Assembly (NCBI RefSeq): GCF_964355755.1 | Contig: NC_092672.1 | Location: forward strand, 21,465,237 to 21,529,236 | Origin: Antedon mediterranea | Lineage: Eukaryota > Animalia > Echinodermata | Length of the DNA: 64,000 bases | Reading direction: 5' to 3' | Shown: piece by piece, positions 1 through 12,800 of the stretch | Numbering within the stretch: the first letter of the stretch is position 1 | Layout: every line of letters begins with the position of its first letter | Translations under genes and position numbers: made by a program | Notes under the pieces: model-generated | The model's input: only the letters and a program-made list of their open reading frames with translations | What the model was told of the DNA's origin: nothing | Databases searched by the model: none

Positions 1-12
1 TTTTCTTATCGA

Positions 13-1470
13 AATGTTTACATTTATAATGTAAGTAAATATTTATTCATTTTTTTACATTTTTTAAAACAAAAAAGTGCACTTTTCTGTTGTTTTTTGT
101 TTAATTAATTTTAATTAAAAATTATTACAACAAACCTATCTAACCTTTCTATTATTGTCACTGATAATATGTTTTGAGTCAGATTGTTTTCAATAAAAAA
201 AGTTAAAACAATTCATTTGACTTTCAATGTACTATGTTGGTTCAGGAAGTGTGTGTGCACATTTAAGACCTAAATCAGATGTTGAATCTGAAGAAAAGAA
301 GTATAAGCGGATACTCTTTCAAAGAACTCCAAGAAGATTCACACAAAAATATTTACTTTCCAATAAAATAGTATATTACTGTAGTATACAATACAGTATG
401 TTGAATAAACTCGAGCGGAATAATAACGTACATAAAAAACATAATCATTTTCTTATCGAAAAGTGCCCTCTCTAGTTTTCTATTGATTTATTAATTATTT
501 ATAATTAATTAATGGGTAAGGTTAACATGTTTTTAACATTTAATGTAGGAAGTTGGATCTACTCCTAACAAAATTTCATATCTCCAAATTTCAACAACGT
601 TGTCTAATTACTTCAATAAATATCATATTTAACATCACAAATTAGGGTTATTGAAGGAATTTTTGCCTAAAAACATATATAAAAAACGTCGATAAAAAAT
701 ACTTTTCGTATTTAAAAACAGTTGAAACTCGTTTTATATGTTCAATATAGGTTGCTCTATTCACAGAAACAAAATTGCTTTCATAACCCTTTTCTGTTGG
801 TTTTTTTTTTTAAATCGTTATTAGGTTGAAAAAATGAGTTGGAATTGTATGGTCGTTCATAAGTGTAAATTTTGTAAAAACGTAAATCACAACAATCAGT
901 GAATTATGGTTTGATATTTATTTTTCTTTAGCAATATGGATAGAGCAACTTATATTGAATATTCACACCAAGTATCAAATGTTTTTAAATACAAAAAGTA
1001 TTTTTTATCGAAAATTATTAGCAAAAATTCAATCCATAATCCTAATTTGTGATGTTAAATGTGATATTTATTGAAGTGCTTTGTCTACCTTGTTGAAATT
1101 TGGAGATATGAAACTTTGTTAGGAGTAGAACCAACTTCTAACATTAAAAGTTAAAAATATTTTAATATTACCCATTAATTAATTATTAATAATTATTAAA
1201 TCAATAGAAAACTAGAGAGGGCACTTTTCGACAAGAAAATGAATGTTTTTTTATGTGCGTTAATATTCCGCTCGAGTTTATTCAATGCTCTGTAATGTAT
1301 ACCATTATACAATTTTATTAGGAAGTAATTGTTTTTGTGTGAATCTAGGTTAGATAGGAATTGTTGTCATAATTTTAATTAAAATTAATTAAACAAAAAC
1401 AACAGAAAAAGTGCACCGATTTGTTTTAAAAAAATGAATAAATGTTTACATACATTATAAATGAAACATA
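13..1470. mobile_element. Degenerate foldback (long inverted repeat) element
   Basis: Segments ~13-146 and ~336-775 are imperfect reverse complements of ~925-1470 (e.g. AAGTGCCCTCTCTAGTTTTCTATTGA at ~461 vs TCAATAGAAAACTAGAGAGGGCACTT at 1201). Segment ~147-335 has no partner in the right arm. May extend left of the window. Confidence 0.7.
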
Positions 1471-2787
1471 ATATAACTATTTTAGTAATGCATACACAAG
1501 TACAGAATATTATATCAGAAATCAATGATACATGTGTCTAAAAGTGTCTTTAATTTGCTTTGAGACAAATTTGATGCCATTGGCCTATACACAAAATCAA
1601 GGCAATTAGACAAAATATTTACTTAAACAATATTAATACTATTAATAGGCATAAAATAATAGGGTATATCAACTTTCCTTAAAGAATAACAGTATAGGGC
1701 CTTACAAATTTATTTAACAAGACAAATAATATATAACATATGAACTATATTAATACTTTGTTCAACAATTTATACACTGCTTACATAATAATGTATTATT
1801 TTAATTTTATGTCTTGCGCATTATTTCTTTCTTTATCCACATTTTTGTATCTCATCATTTTTTGTTTTACGTTCGGTAATTTAGAACATAACATAACATA
1901 AGTTTATAAGCCCAAATAGTTCATTAACATTCATGTACAATTTTTATTTTTACATAAATTAAATTTGAAGCCTCTGTAGAATTTAGTTACTTTGGAGTAT
2001 ATAATATAATACACACATATATCTTACTACGAATTAAACTTAACCTATGCCTACTTTTTAGTTTTTATAATATCAGCGAACATTACAGATCATGAACGTT
2101 ATAACATCGTTTTCTGAGACCGTTTATTGTTTGACCATTTGTCAATTCGTTATTAGCTTCTCTTAAAAAATGGAGGTGTATTCCCAATATCTATCTTGAC
2201 AAATGTTTTTAAATAAATTTAATGTTAGGCTGTTGAAATGAAAATGCAATTAAACGTATTATCAGTGGAATGAACTTAATCGTTTTTCTTTATTTTGCAT
2301 TTATGATGTATGGTGGTATGGTTGCATTTTTCCGTTTAGAAAAATAGCCAAGTACATATTTCAATATTTATCTTTTAATACCAATAATTGGTTCCTTGTA
2401 AATTGTAGATTTTGTATTTTCATTAATTTTATAAGATCTTTGATTACATTCAGTTTCTTGAATGGGGGCGCCATTTATTTTAAATGGAACCATAATTAGG
2501 ATGACCATCATTAAATCAATCATTCCATTTCAATAGCTGCATTCAAACGATAAGTGTACAGACATTCTCTTAATATATAAAGTTAGATGTCCTAATTAAT
2601 GTTCAAAAATATTTAGAAACAATCTAAAGAAGAATATAGGCCTACTTTTCTTTAATATCCATATCAAAACATAATATTGCATTTTGTTTGAATCAACTTT
2701 TCTATGTGGGGTATTGTATTATTTAGTAAGTTGTCAATCAGTTACTCTATCAAGTTTGGAATAAACACGATATGTTTGTAATATTTA

Positions 2788-5115
2788 AGCGTTGGTACGA
2801 CGTTTAAAATCCGACTTAACCAGTAATACAATTGTTACTATAAAGTCAATGTGAAACAAGTCAATGTAATGTCGTTGACAATTGCTGACGTTGGCTTAAC
2901 AAACTTTTATTTGACGTTAAACTGACGCTAGAATAGTGACCATAAATGATTGTATTTTGCATCAATTTCAAGCGTTGGCACGACGTTTGATATCAGACTT
3001 AACGTATACAACTATAAGCCAACGTCTGCATGACGTGGAACAAGTCAATGTAATGTTGTTGACAATTGCTGACGTTGGCTTAACAACTTTTATTTGACGT
3101 TAAACTGACGCTAGAATAGTGACCATAAATGATTGTATTTTGCGTCAATTTCAAGCGTTGGTATGACGTTTGATATCAGACTTAACGTATACAACTATTA
3201 GCCAACGTCTGCATGACGTGGAACAAGTCAATGTAATATTTTTGACAATTGCTGACGTTGGCTTAACAACTTTCATTTGACGTTAAACTGACGCTAGAAT
3301 AGTGACCATAAATGCTAGTATTTTGCGTCAATTTCAAGCGTTGGCACGACGTTTGATATCAGACTTAACGTATACAACTATTAGCCAACGTCTGCATGAC
3401 GTGGAACAAGTCAATGTAATGTTGTTGACAATTGCTGACGTTGGCTTAACAACTTTTATTTGACGTTAAACTGACGCTAGAATAGTGACCATAAATGATT
3501 GTATTTTGCGTCAATTTCAAGCGTTGGCACGACGTTTGATATCAGACTTAACGTATACAACTATTAGCCAACGTCTGTATGACGTGGAACAAGTCAATGT
3601 AATGTTGTTGACAATTGCTGACGTTGGCTTAACAACTTTTATTTGACGTTAAACTGACGCTAGAATAGTGACCATAAATGATTGTATTTTGCGTCAATTT
3701 CAAGCGTTGGTATGACGTTTGATATCAGACTTAACGTATACAACTATTAGCCATCGTCTGCATGACGTGGAACAAGTCAATGTAATATTTTTGACAATTG
3801 CTGACGTTGGCTTAACAACTTTTATTTGACGTTAAACTGACGCTAGAATAGTGACCATAAATGCTAGTATTTTGCGTCAATTTCAAGCGTTGGCACGACG
3901 TTTGATATCAGACTTAACGTATACAACTATTAGCCAACGTCTGCATGACGTGGAACAAGTCAATGTAATGTTGTTGACAATTGCTGACGTTGGCTTAACA
4001 ACTTTTATTTGACGTTAAACTGACGCTAGAATAGTGACCATAAATGATTGTATTTTGCGTCAATTTCAAGCGTTGGCACGACGTTTGATATCAGACTTAA
4101 CGTATACAACTATTAGCCAACGTCTGTATGACGTGGAACAAGTCAATGTAATGTTGTTGACAATTGCTGACGTTGGCTTAACAACTTTTATTTGACGTTA
4201 AACTGACGCTAGAATAGTGACCATAAATGCTAGTATTTTGCGTCAATTTCAAGCGTTGGCACGACGTTTGATATCAGACTTAACGTATACAACTTTTAGC
4301 CAACGTCTGCATGACGTGGAACAAGTCAATGTAATGTTGTTGACAATTGCTGACGTTGGCTTAACAACTTTTATTTGACGTTAAACTGACGCTAGAATAG
4401 TGACCATAAATGATTGTATTTTGCGTCAATTTCAAGCGTTGGCACGACGTTTGATATCAGACTTAACGTATACAACTATTAGCCAACGTCTGTATGACGT
4501 GGAACAAGTCAATGTAATGTTGTTGACAATTGCTGACGTTGGCTTAACAACTTTTATTTGACGTTAAACTGACGCTAGAATAGTGACCATAAATGCTAGT
4601 ATTTTGCGTCAATTTCAAGCGTTGGCACGACGTTTGATATCAGACTTAACGTATACAACGTTTAGCCAACGTCTGCATGACGTGGAACAAGTCAATGTAA
4701 TGTTGTTGACAATTGCTGACGTTGGCTTAACAACTTTTATTTGACGTTAAACTGACGCTAGAATAGTGACCATAAATGATTGTATTTTGCGTCAATTTCA
4801 AGCGTTGGTATGACGTTTGATATCAGACTTAACGTATACAACTATAAGCCAACGTCTGTATGACGTGGAACAAGTCAATGTAATATTTTTGACAATTGCT
4901 GACGTTGGCTTAACAACTTTTATTTGACGTTAAACTGACGCTAGAATAGTGACCATAAATGATAGTATTTTGCGTCAATTTCAAGCGTTGGCACGACGTT
5001 TGATATCCGACTTAACGTATACAACTATAAGCCAACGTCTGTATGACGTGGAACAAGTCAATGTAATGTTGTTGACAATTGCTGACGTTGGCTTAACAAC
5101 TTTTATTTGACGTTG
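2788..5115. repeat. 183-bp tandem array, ~13 units
   Basis: AGCGTTGG recurs at 2788, 2971, 3154, 3337 ... 4801, 4984 with an exact 183-bp period. Units are nearly identical and rich in ACGT cores. Confidence 0.97.
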
Positions 5116-5693
5116 AATCGACATAAATGAACAACCCAAATGCTTAAAGTCTTGTATCCAATTTCAAACGTTGGGTAGACGTTAAAATGCCTACATAAAT
5201 TTTACAACCATTAGCCGATGTCGGTGCAACGTGAGGAAAATGACTTTAGTGTGTCGACATTCGCTAACGGTGAACCAACGACTAATGGCGACGTTAAACC
5301 AACAATAATTTGCCGACTTGATAAGTTGTCATATATTGGCAAATTGTCAACGTTGTGACGACGTTTGATTGTTGACAACTCTTTACAACGTTTTGCCAAC
5401 GTTGATGCGACGTGTCAAAATTACTTTAATATGTTGACGTTTGCAGACGTTGTGCCAACCAATGATAACGACGTCAAACTGACGTTGGATTTATGTAATC
5501 GCAAGGCACATTTTTTTGTCAATTTTTCAACGTAAATACGACGTCGGCAGGACGTTAGGTTAACAACCATTAAATTCACGACTTATAGTACACGTTGTAA
5601 TAACGTTGTAATAACGTCGGCAATTTGCCCGCGACTTTGTCAACGTCTGCCGACGCTTGCCGACGTCGGGCCAATGTCAAATTGCTAGCTGGG
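2788..5693. mobile_element. Right end of a CMC/EnSpm-like non-autonomous DNA transposon carrying the 183-bp array
   Basis: The array decays into dense (G/A)ACGTT subterminal motifs (5115-5680) and ends in TTGCTAGCTGGG (CCCAGCTAGCAA on minus), a terminus type seen in animal EnSpm-like elements. No left terminus found. Confidence 0.55.
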
Positions 5694-7907
5694 ATGTGTC
5701 ACAGTTAACAATGGTTGGGTTTCAAACAATTTTAAAATGGAAAGAGGTATTAGATAAGGTTGTCCTCTATCTGCTCTGTTATTCATTTTAGTGGTTGAAG
5801 TAATGGCATCTAGAATAAGAAACAAAGATGACTATAAGGGTATTAAACTTCCAAATAATGAAAATAACATAGAAGCTAGAATAAGCCAATTAGCCGATGA
5901 TACTGTTTTGTATGTTGGTAATGACAAAAGTATTAAGTCAGCAGTCAGTGTAATTGAACGTTTTTGTGAAGTATCTGGAATGACACTAAATAAAAAAAAA
6001 CCCAATGCTTTTTGGATTGGTAAATGGAAGAACAGAATAGATAGACCTTTAGAATTAAATTGGGTAAAACACCCGATCAAAATTTTAGGCATATATGTAG
6101 GGTAAAATACAGAAGAATGTACCAGAAAAAACTGGGATGTTAAATTAATAGAGCTAGAAAAGACTTTAAAACAATGGAATGCTAGAAATCTCTCAATTTT
6201 TGGTAGAATAATAATACTGAAAAGTCTTGCACTATCTAAATTAACATATGCTGCAAATATCACTGATGTTCCAAAATATGTATATACACAAGTTACAAAT
6301 GTAATATATAATTTTATTTGGAACAATAAAAGGGAAAAGATAAAAAGAAAAAATCTAATTGGTGATGTTGAGATGGGAGGCATTAAAATGCCTGATTTTA
6401 CTCTTCATGTTAACGCACTCATGTGTGGCTGGTTAAAAAGAATTATGAATGATGATGGTGCTAAATGGGAAAATATTCCAATGTATTATATTAAAAAAAT
6501 ATGTGATGTTAATGTTTTACTTAATATGTCATGTTATAACATTATTGATGTTAATTCTGATAAAATTCCACTGTTTTACAAAAATATGATACAAGCCTAC
6601 ATAAATTATAACAGAATCTCTAAAAAAAACCTGAAACTTATAACGATATAATGAATGAGCAACTGTGGGGAAACCACTACGTTAAACTAAAAAAAAAATC
6701 GCTTTTCTACAAGCATTGGATGGACAGTGGCATTATCAGTATTAAAGACATTGTTAATAAGAACACTTTTTTAACATCAAACGAAATACTGGTGAAACTA
6801 CAATGTAAAACAAACTGGTTAAATGAGTATTTGTGCATTATTAAGGCAATACCAATTCAATGGAAACGTATTATTAAGGAGGTAGATATTTTCAATTGTG
6901 ATGATAATGATGAATTAGTTGGGACCAAGTATGAGATTAATACTACCAAACTAATATACTCATGGTTTGTGAAAGAATATTTCATTATTCCAATGTCACA
7001 ACTAAAATGGGAAGAGTACTTCAATGATAACAACATTGATTGGAAAACTTCTTGGTTACGGAAAGTATGTAAAATGAAAGATAAGAAACTAGCACAATTC
7101 AATTATAAGATGTTACATAGAATACTGCCTACCAACAAACGGCTGTATCAGTGGAAAGTTAAGGAAACACAAACGTGTAACAAATGTGGAGAAATTGAAA
7201 ATGAAAATCATTTGTTTTTTAGTTGTAGATTTATTCAGAAATATTGGAGGAAAATGCTTAGTATCTTTGTAAGTTTAAATCACAATAATATATCATTTAA
7301 ACAATTAATACTAGGAACGGGAGATAAGCTAATAGATTATATTTACACTTTTGCAGCATTTACTATTTATAGAATAAAAATGTTATCTGCACTAAATAAG
7401 CCAGTGGGTAAATCGTTATGGAATTCATTTAAAAGCAATATGTTATATAACATTGAATGTGAAACATATAACAATAAAGAAACAAGTATAGAAAAATGGG
7501 TAGCTTTAAGAAATACGATTATGATAATATAATTTCTAATTTGATACGATTAACAGAAAAAGAATTACAGTGATACGGGTTACTGGTGGTACTGAGCAAT
7601 TATTGTTTTTTTTTTATCATGTATATAAATATATTGTATAATCCGGGTTGTAAAATGAAAACAAACAAATAAAAATGTGTGAACTATTTTAAAACGGGAT
7701 AGATGACAATGATGATCCTGTCAAGTGTATAACAAAATATAAGAAAATTAATGAAAAAAGGAGTAATACAGAATTCATATGTAAAAATGTTACTTATGAA
7801 CTGTAACGACATTTACAAGTTAAATAATACGATTTTATGTAATATGAGATAATATGAATGTGAATAAAAGTGGTGTTTGCGCCACAAAAGAGAAGAAAAA
7901 AAACAAA
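5694..7907 (+). mobile_element. L1/Tx1-clade LINE, 3' half (RT C-terminal part, zf-RVT, 3' UTR, A-tail)
   Basis: Reads NNGWVSNNFKMERGIR*GCPLSALLF, QLADDT, IKILGI, QWNARNLSIFGRIIILKSLALSKLTY and CNKC...HLFFSC. AATAAA at 7863 is followed by an A-rich tail at 7886-7907. Confidence 0.92.
5695..7532 (+). pseudogene. Disrupted L1/Tx1 ORF2 (reverse transcriptase)
   Basis: In-frame stops at 5755-5757 (in the RQGCP motif) and 6103-6105, and a frameshift near 6625-6650. ORF-track pieces 5791-6105, 6373-6651 and 6651-7532 are collinear. Confidence 0.9.
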
Positions 7908-8700
7908 CCTCAACAACAGTCACTGATCGTTTTATATTTTAGTACATATAGATATAGATATGACATACCAGTCCATAAATCAAATTTAGTCCAAAATATC
8001 ATAACCAGCAACTACAATTGAAAAACATTCTTGTAAACAAGAAAAGCAATTTACAAATATAAACTGAACTTGTCATGTCACACAACAAATCGGCAAGTAC
8101 GCCACCACTATTTTGGAACGTAAGTGATAACAATTATCAGACATTCAAACACTCTCCGTTTATTTAAGTGTTGATATACTATTTGTTAGCAACGTGTATT
8201 TAGAAGTGATAGTGAGTTGAAAATTACAGTAGGCCTGTAAAGATGGCCTATGATTGTGTAAATGCTATTTTAGGAAACAAATGCAAACTTTATGTCTGTT
8301 CTGTTATACTAGTAGGCCTACTTTAACTAAAATCATTGGTAATGTTTGTCTTGCTAGTACTTAAAGATGTATTGTCTCACAAAAACATGAAAAATAAAGA
8401 TTAATTAAATCAGACTTTGAATAGATGATTTTGTAGTTTTAATTAAGTTAATCACTTCTAGCCGAAGAAAAAAATAATAATTTTACTTTTAAAATAACAT
8501 AATAGAATAAAGCCATTGGCTGGCAGTCAATTTGATCATTTTTGCTTAAATACTTTTTGATATCAAATTTATCGAAAAAAAAGTTAAAAATTATTTTTTA
8601 GGGGGACAATACATCTTTAAACGAAATGTCCTAGATTTAATTAATTTTGTATGCCTATAACTAACTATATGGCCGTCCAATAAAGTGTAATTTTATTGTG
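7906..8700 (+). repeat. ~0.8-kb direct duplication, copy 1 (copy 2 at ~10889-11770)
   Basis: AACCTCAACAACAGTCACTGATCGTTTTATATTTTAGTACATATAG and the following ~800 bp recur at 10889 with scattered substitutions and indels. Confidence 0.92.
8365..8616. mobile_element. Kolobok-like MITE
   Basis: TTAA|AGATGTATTGTC ... GACAATACATCT|TTAA: 12-bp TIRs with a TTAA target duplication (8361-8364 and 8617-8620). A decayed copy lies in the second duplicate (~11394-11700). Confidence 0.75.
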
Positions 8701-9802
8701 TGAGTGATGGACTGATTTCGCGAGAGCGTAAAACTCATCCTCTAAAAAGTTGGTACAATTCAGATGGAATCAATAGTTGCAATCGTCGCATTGAATACCG
8801 CGTTGATTCGATCTGACACACTTAGTACAAGAACCGAATGGATCCTTAGTGGCCTGGGGTTATATGCTATATCACCACTCAGTACGAGAATCAAAAGCGA
8901 AACAAATGCAAGATCAGTATATGCTAGTATGGTTTATTTTAAACTTCGGAGTGACACACGAATAAAGAATCTATGTATAGGCTTGCAAGTCTTGGAAAAC
9001 GTGTCATTATTTGTGTTGAATCCACGGTATCAGTTGACTTTATTGATGAGTATTCTGCCTTCCCCCTTTTACAAATTATAGATATTAATAGAACTACTAC
9101 GGCAGTCCTTTGATGTCCCATGTTCGCTGTATGTGACCTATACAATACAGACAAATAAATAAATATAAACGGTACAGCTTGAAACAAAACAAAGAGATAA
9201 AACTCAACTGTAATTTAAAATACAATGGAGATCATGGTTAAATTAAACAACTGTACAGTTCTACGCTTATAACTACACATTACCGATCTCTTGACAATAA
9301 TTGTAATGAGGTGGTTCACTTACAAACTATAGTGTATATTGTCTTAAAACGAACTCAAAGAACCTGAACGTGAACCTGATTCAAGTTGTCATATTTTACT
9401 ACAATATGCATTCTATAGGAACAATGTTAAAATATGCAAATTAATCACTTGCGAACTTGATTAAGCTTGGTAATTGGTGTAGACATAATTACATTTAAGG
9501 AGCTTCTCTATTTTGCTTCGGAAAATTTACTTTTTAAACTCTTACAATGCCTGTAGGCCTAATTGTTAGTGTTATTTCTTTTGTCGAGAGAAACTACTAG
9601 GCCTACATTTGGAAAATCACAAGAAGGGCATGGCAGGGCGTAGGATTGTAATATATGTCTATACTTGAATTTAAACAGGATGCATGTGTTCTCTTGGTAA
9701 AACGCAATCTGTAAAATATCTGCTTCACAAAGAAGATAGCGTTATTCCATCCATACTAATCCGTACAGGTTACCTACATCTTTAATAAGTCGTTAGGTAT
9801 AC

Positions 9803-10135
9803 ACAGTTCATTGTTGCTATATTATTATTCATACAGAGCACTCCCGGATCACTTTATTATTTCTTATAATATATTTTGAAACAGTTTTAAATAATACAAT
9901 GTTTAACCAGGTTTTATATTTGTTTCTATAAATTTGGTATTAATGAAAAGAATGTATTTGTTCTGTATATTGGAAAAAATATATAAAAAGAAATATGATT
10001 TACAATATGATTTAAATTATTTGTATATAATTTGACACACGCACATACAAAGACGCAGACTGGGATGGGTAAACTTTTACTTTGATTAGAAGAATTAAAT
10101 ATTGGATTTGATATATAATAATTCTAATTTTTGTT
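9803..10135 (+). repeat. ~330-bp diverged direct duplication (partner ~10412-10720)
   Basis: Shared blocks CAGAGCAC...CCGGA, CGCACATACAAAGAC, TACTTTGATTAGAAG and ATAATAATTCTAAT occur in the same order in both copies. Confidence 0.7.
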
Positions 10136-10742
10136 AATTATAATCACAGACAAAATGAGATTTTAGGCTATAGTAATCATTCATAATACCGTAAGCATTA
10201 ACAAGCACAATTGTCATAAATGTAGGCCATACAACATTGGAATGTCGGTCCTTGCCTCGCTACGGATTACCGTAGGTTAGAGCCTGTTTACACGTATGGA
10301 CGTAAGCCATGGCGTACGCATTGCGTAGCCTACGCCTTGCGTGTGAAGGCGGCACTTACTACGCCACGTTTGTGGCGTTAGATAACGAGCCTAACGCTGT
10401 GTCGTTTGTTCCACAGTCCATTGTTTCTTGATAATTTATTCATTCAGAGCACACCGGAACACATTTTTTAAATAGTATATTTCTAAACATTTTTATATAA
10501 TACAATTTTTAATAACCATATATACTTTTTAATATTTTGTAATGACCAATTGATGATATATTTAATATGTATGTTTGACAAAATAAAAAAGAAATATATT
10601 TGACATATTATTTGATATAATTTAACGTACGCACATACAAAGACAAAGACAACTAAACTTTACTTTGATTAGAAGTAATAAATGTTTATTTGATTTGATA
10701 TAATAATTCTAATATTTGCTACGTCTTCTCTAAGACCCGTAA

Positions 10743-10843
10743 GGTCCGTATTAATGACTGGACTATCTCTGGATTTAGTCTGGACAATCTTTAGTCCTGG
10801 ACCCAGTATCAAAATCGGCAAAAGATTCTCATGAATACGGGCC
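10743..10843. mobile_element. ~100-bp MITE remnant
   Basis: GGTCCGTATTAATGA ... TCATGAATACGGGCC form 15-bp imperfect TIRs. Confidence 0.45.
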
Positions 10844-10888
10844 AATGTGATTGTGGCCTACACTATGCAGTCATTCACAGTACGCATT

Positions 10889-11770
10889 AACCTCAACAAC
10901 AGTCACTGATCGTTTTATATTTTAGTACATATAGATATAGATATCACATACCAGTCCATAAATCACATTTAGTTCAAAATATTATAACCAGCAACTACAA
11001 TTGAAAAACATTCATGTAAACAAGAAAAGCAACTTACAAATATATTAATAAACATTATTTTAAGCCCTTAATTTCAAAACTGAACTTGTCATGGCACACA
11101 ACAAAGCGGCAAGTACGCCACCATTATTTTGGAACGTAAGTGATAACAGTTATCAGACATTCAAACACTCTCCGTTTATTTAAGTGTTGATATACTATTT
11201 GTTAGCAAAGTGTATTTAGAAGTGATAGTGAGTTTACAGTAGGCCTGTAAAGATGGCCTATGATTGTGTAAATGCTATTTTAGGAAACAAATGCAAACTT
11301 TATGTCTGTTCTGTTATACTAGTAGGCCTACTTTAACTAAAATCATTGATAATGTTTGTCTTGCTAAAAGATGTTGCTAGTAGTTGTACTCAAAGATGTA
11401 TTGTCCCACAAAAACATGAAAAATGAAGATTAATTAAATCAGACTTTGAATATGTTATTTTGTAGTTTTAATCAAGTTAATAAATTCCGTAGAAAAAAAA
11501 AATGTTTTCACTTATAAAATAACATAATAAATGATTAAATTCAACCAAAAATCCATTGGCTGGCAGCCAATTTGACCATTTTTGCTTAAATACATTTTTT
11601 TAGATCCAATTTATCCAAAAGTGGATAACTATCATGTGACATTAAATGGCATATTGAACAAGTTAAAGTTAAAAATTATTTTTCAGGGGGGACAACTTTA
11701 AACGAAATTTCCTAGGTTTAATCAATTTAGTAGGCCTAGTAACTATATGGTCGCAATAAAGTGTATTTTG
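10889..11770 (+). repeat. ~0.8-kb direct duplication, copy 2
   Basis: Collinear with 7906-8700, including the Kolobok-like MITE. Confidence 0.92.
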
Positions 11771-12349
11771 ATTGTATGAGCATTAAGCGATTGATTATTC
11801 AAACTTTCGCTTGTCATTTAATTTAATTTAATTGTCATTTAATATTTAATTTTAATTGGTTAAAACAACGAAAGGATTGTGCTCACCCCCACAACTAACG
11901 TATGCACTATTTTCTATAAATCAATAACAGGCCTATCAGAAGTAAAATAGGCATACAACTTATTTTTCTAAGCATGCAATTTGGGTAAAAATACACACAA
12001 TTTTTCAATAAAAATAGGTAGTCTGTGTAAAAAATAATATAAAAATATATTAGTTGTTAAGGTTTTTTTCTTAATTGTTGTAATATTGTTTATGGGGCCC
12101 TCAAAACGACAACAAAACATAATAATGGCATAAAAATGGCAAGAGGCATTAATAAAAAGATTAAAATGTAGGGCTACAATAAAACAATGTTAAAAATTGG
12201 ATTAATTAATATAAGTCATAATTGCAGTCATTTCCCAGGTACGTACTTCTCAAGATCCAGGTCATAGAATGTAGAGTCTCCCACCCTTCTTCAGCAGTAG
12301 CACACGTGTGTGATGGCATGATGGCTCATCAAAATGTATTTATATGGGG

Positions 12350-12800
12350 TGAACATGTTGTTACGTTTGTTACCGGTAATATTTTATGGTAATTAATAAT
12401 TTATAGAACAGTGAATGTTAGGAAAAAATGGCGAAATAAATGTAAGGGTACACTCTCTCAGCTACTAAACTATAATTAGGCCTATTAGGCCTAGCTAGGC
12501 CTAGGCCTAGGCTAAATACTACGTACTAGCTAGGCCTAGCTAGGCCTAAGTGTCTGTAGGCCTACTTATGTAGGGTGATGTAGGCCTAAGGCTATACTAC
12601 TAACTACTTTGCCTAGGCCTAAATACTACTAACTAGGCCTAGTGTCTGTCACGTCTATAGGCCTACTTATGTAAGTTGATGTAGGCCTAAGGCTATATAC
12701 TAGACAAAAAGGGTGCTAGAGTAATAGATAGGAGGAGGAACAGGTAAGGCTGGACCAGGCCTAGTACAAGTTAGGCTTATAGCTAGCTAGATACTGTTTA
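12350..12800 (+). promoter_or_regulatory. Putative promoter and non-coding first exon, followed by a TAGGCCTA-rich intron start
   Basis: X-box-like TGTTACCGGTAAT (~12368), YY1-type AAAATGGCG (~12425), candidate donor T|GTAAGG at 12441/12442, then a dense TAGGCCTA/TAGCTA cluster at 12476-12800. The link to the ankyrin gene is inference. Confidence 0.4.

Noticed and set aside
2788-5115. CRISPR-like regular repeat (also considered for 28668-29327 and 49188-50515)
   Set aside because: Units are contiguous with no unique spacers, there are no cas genes, and the context is eukaryotic.
8764-9780. ORFs 8764-9081 and 8939-9187 and exon-like minus-strand stretches
   Set aside because: No recognisable domain, and candidate splice frames hit stops.
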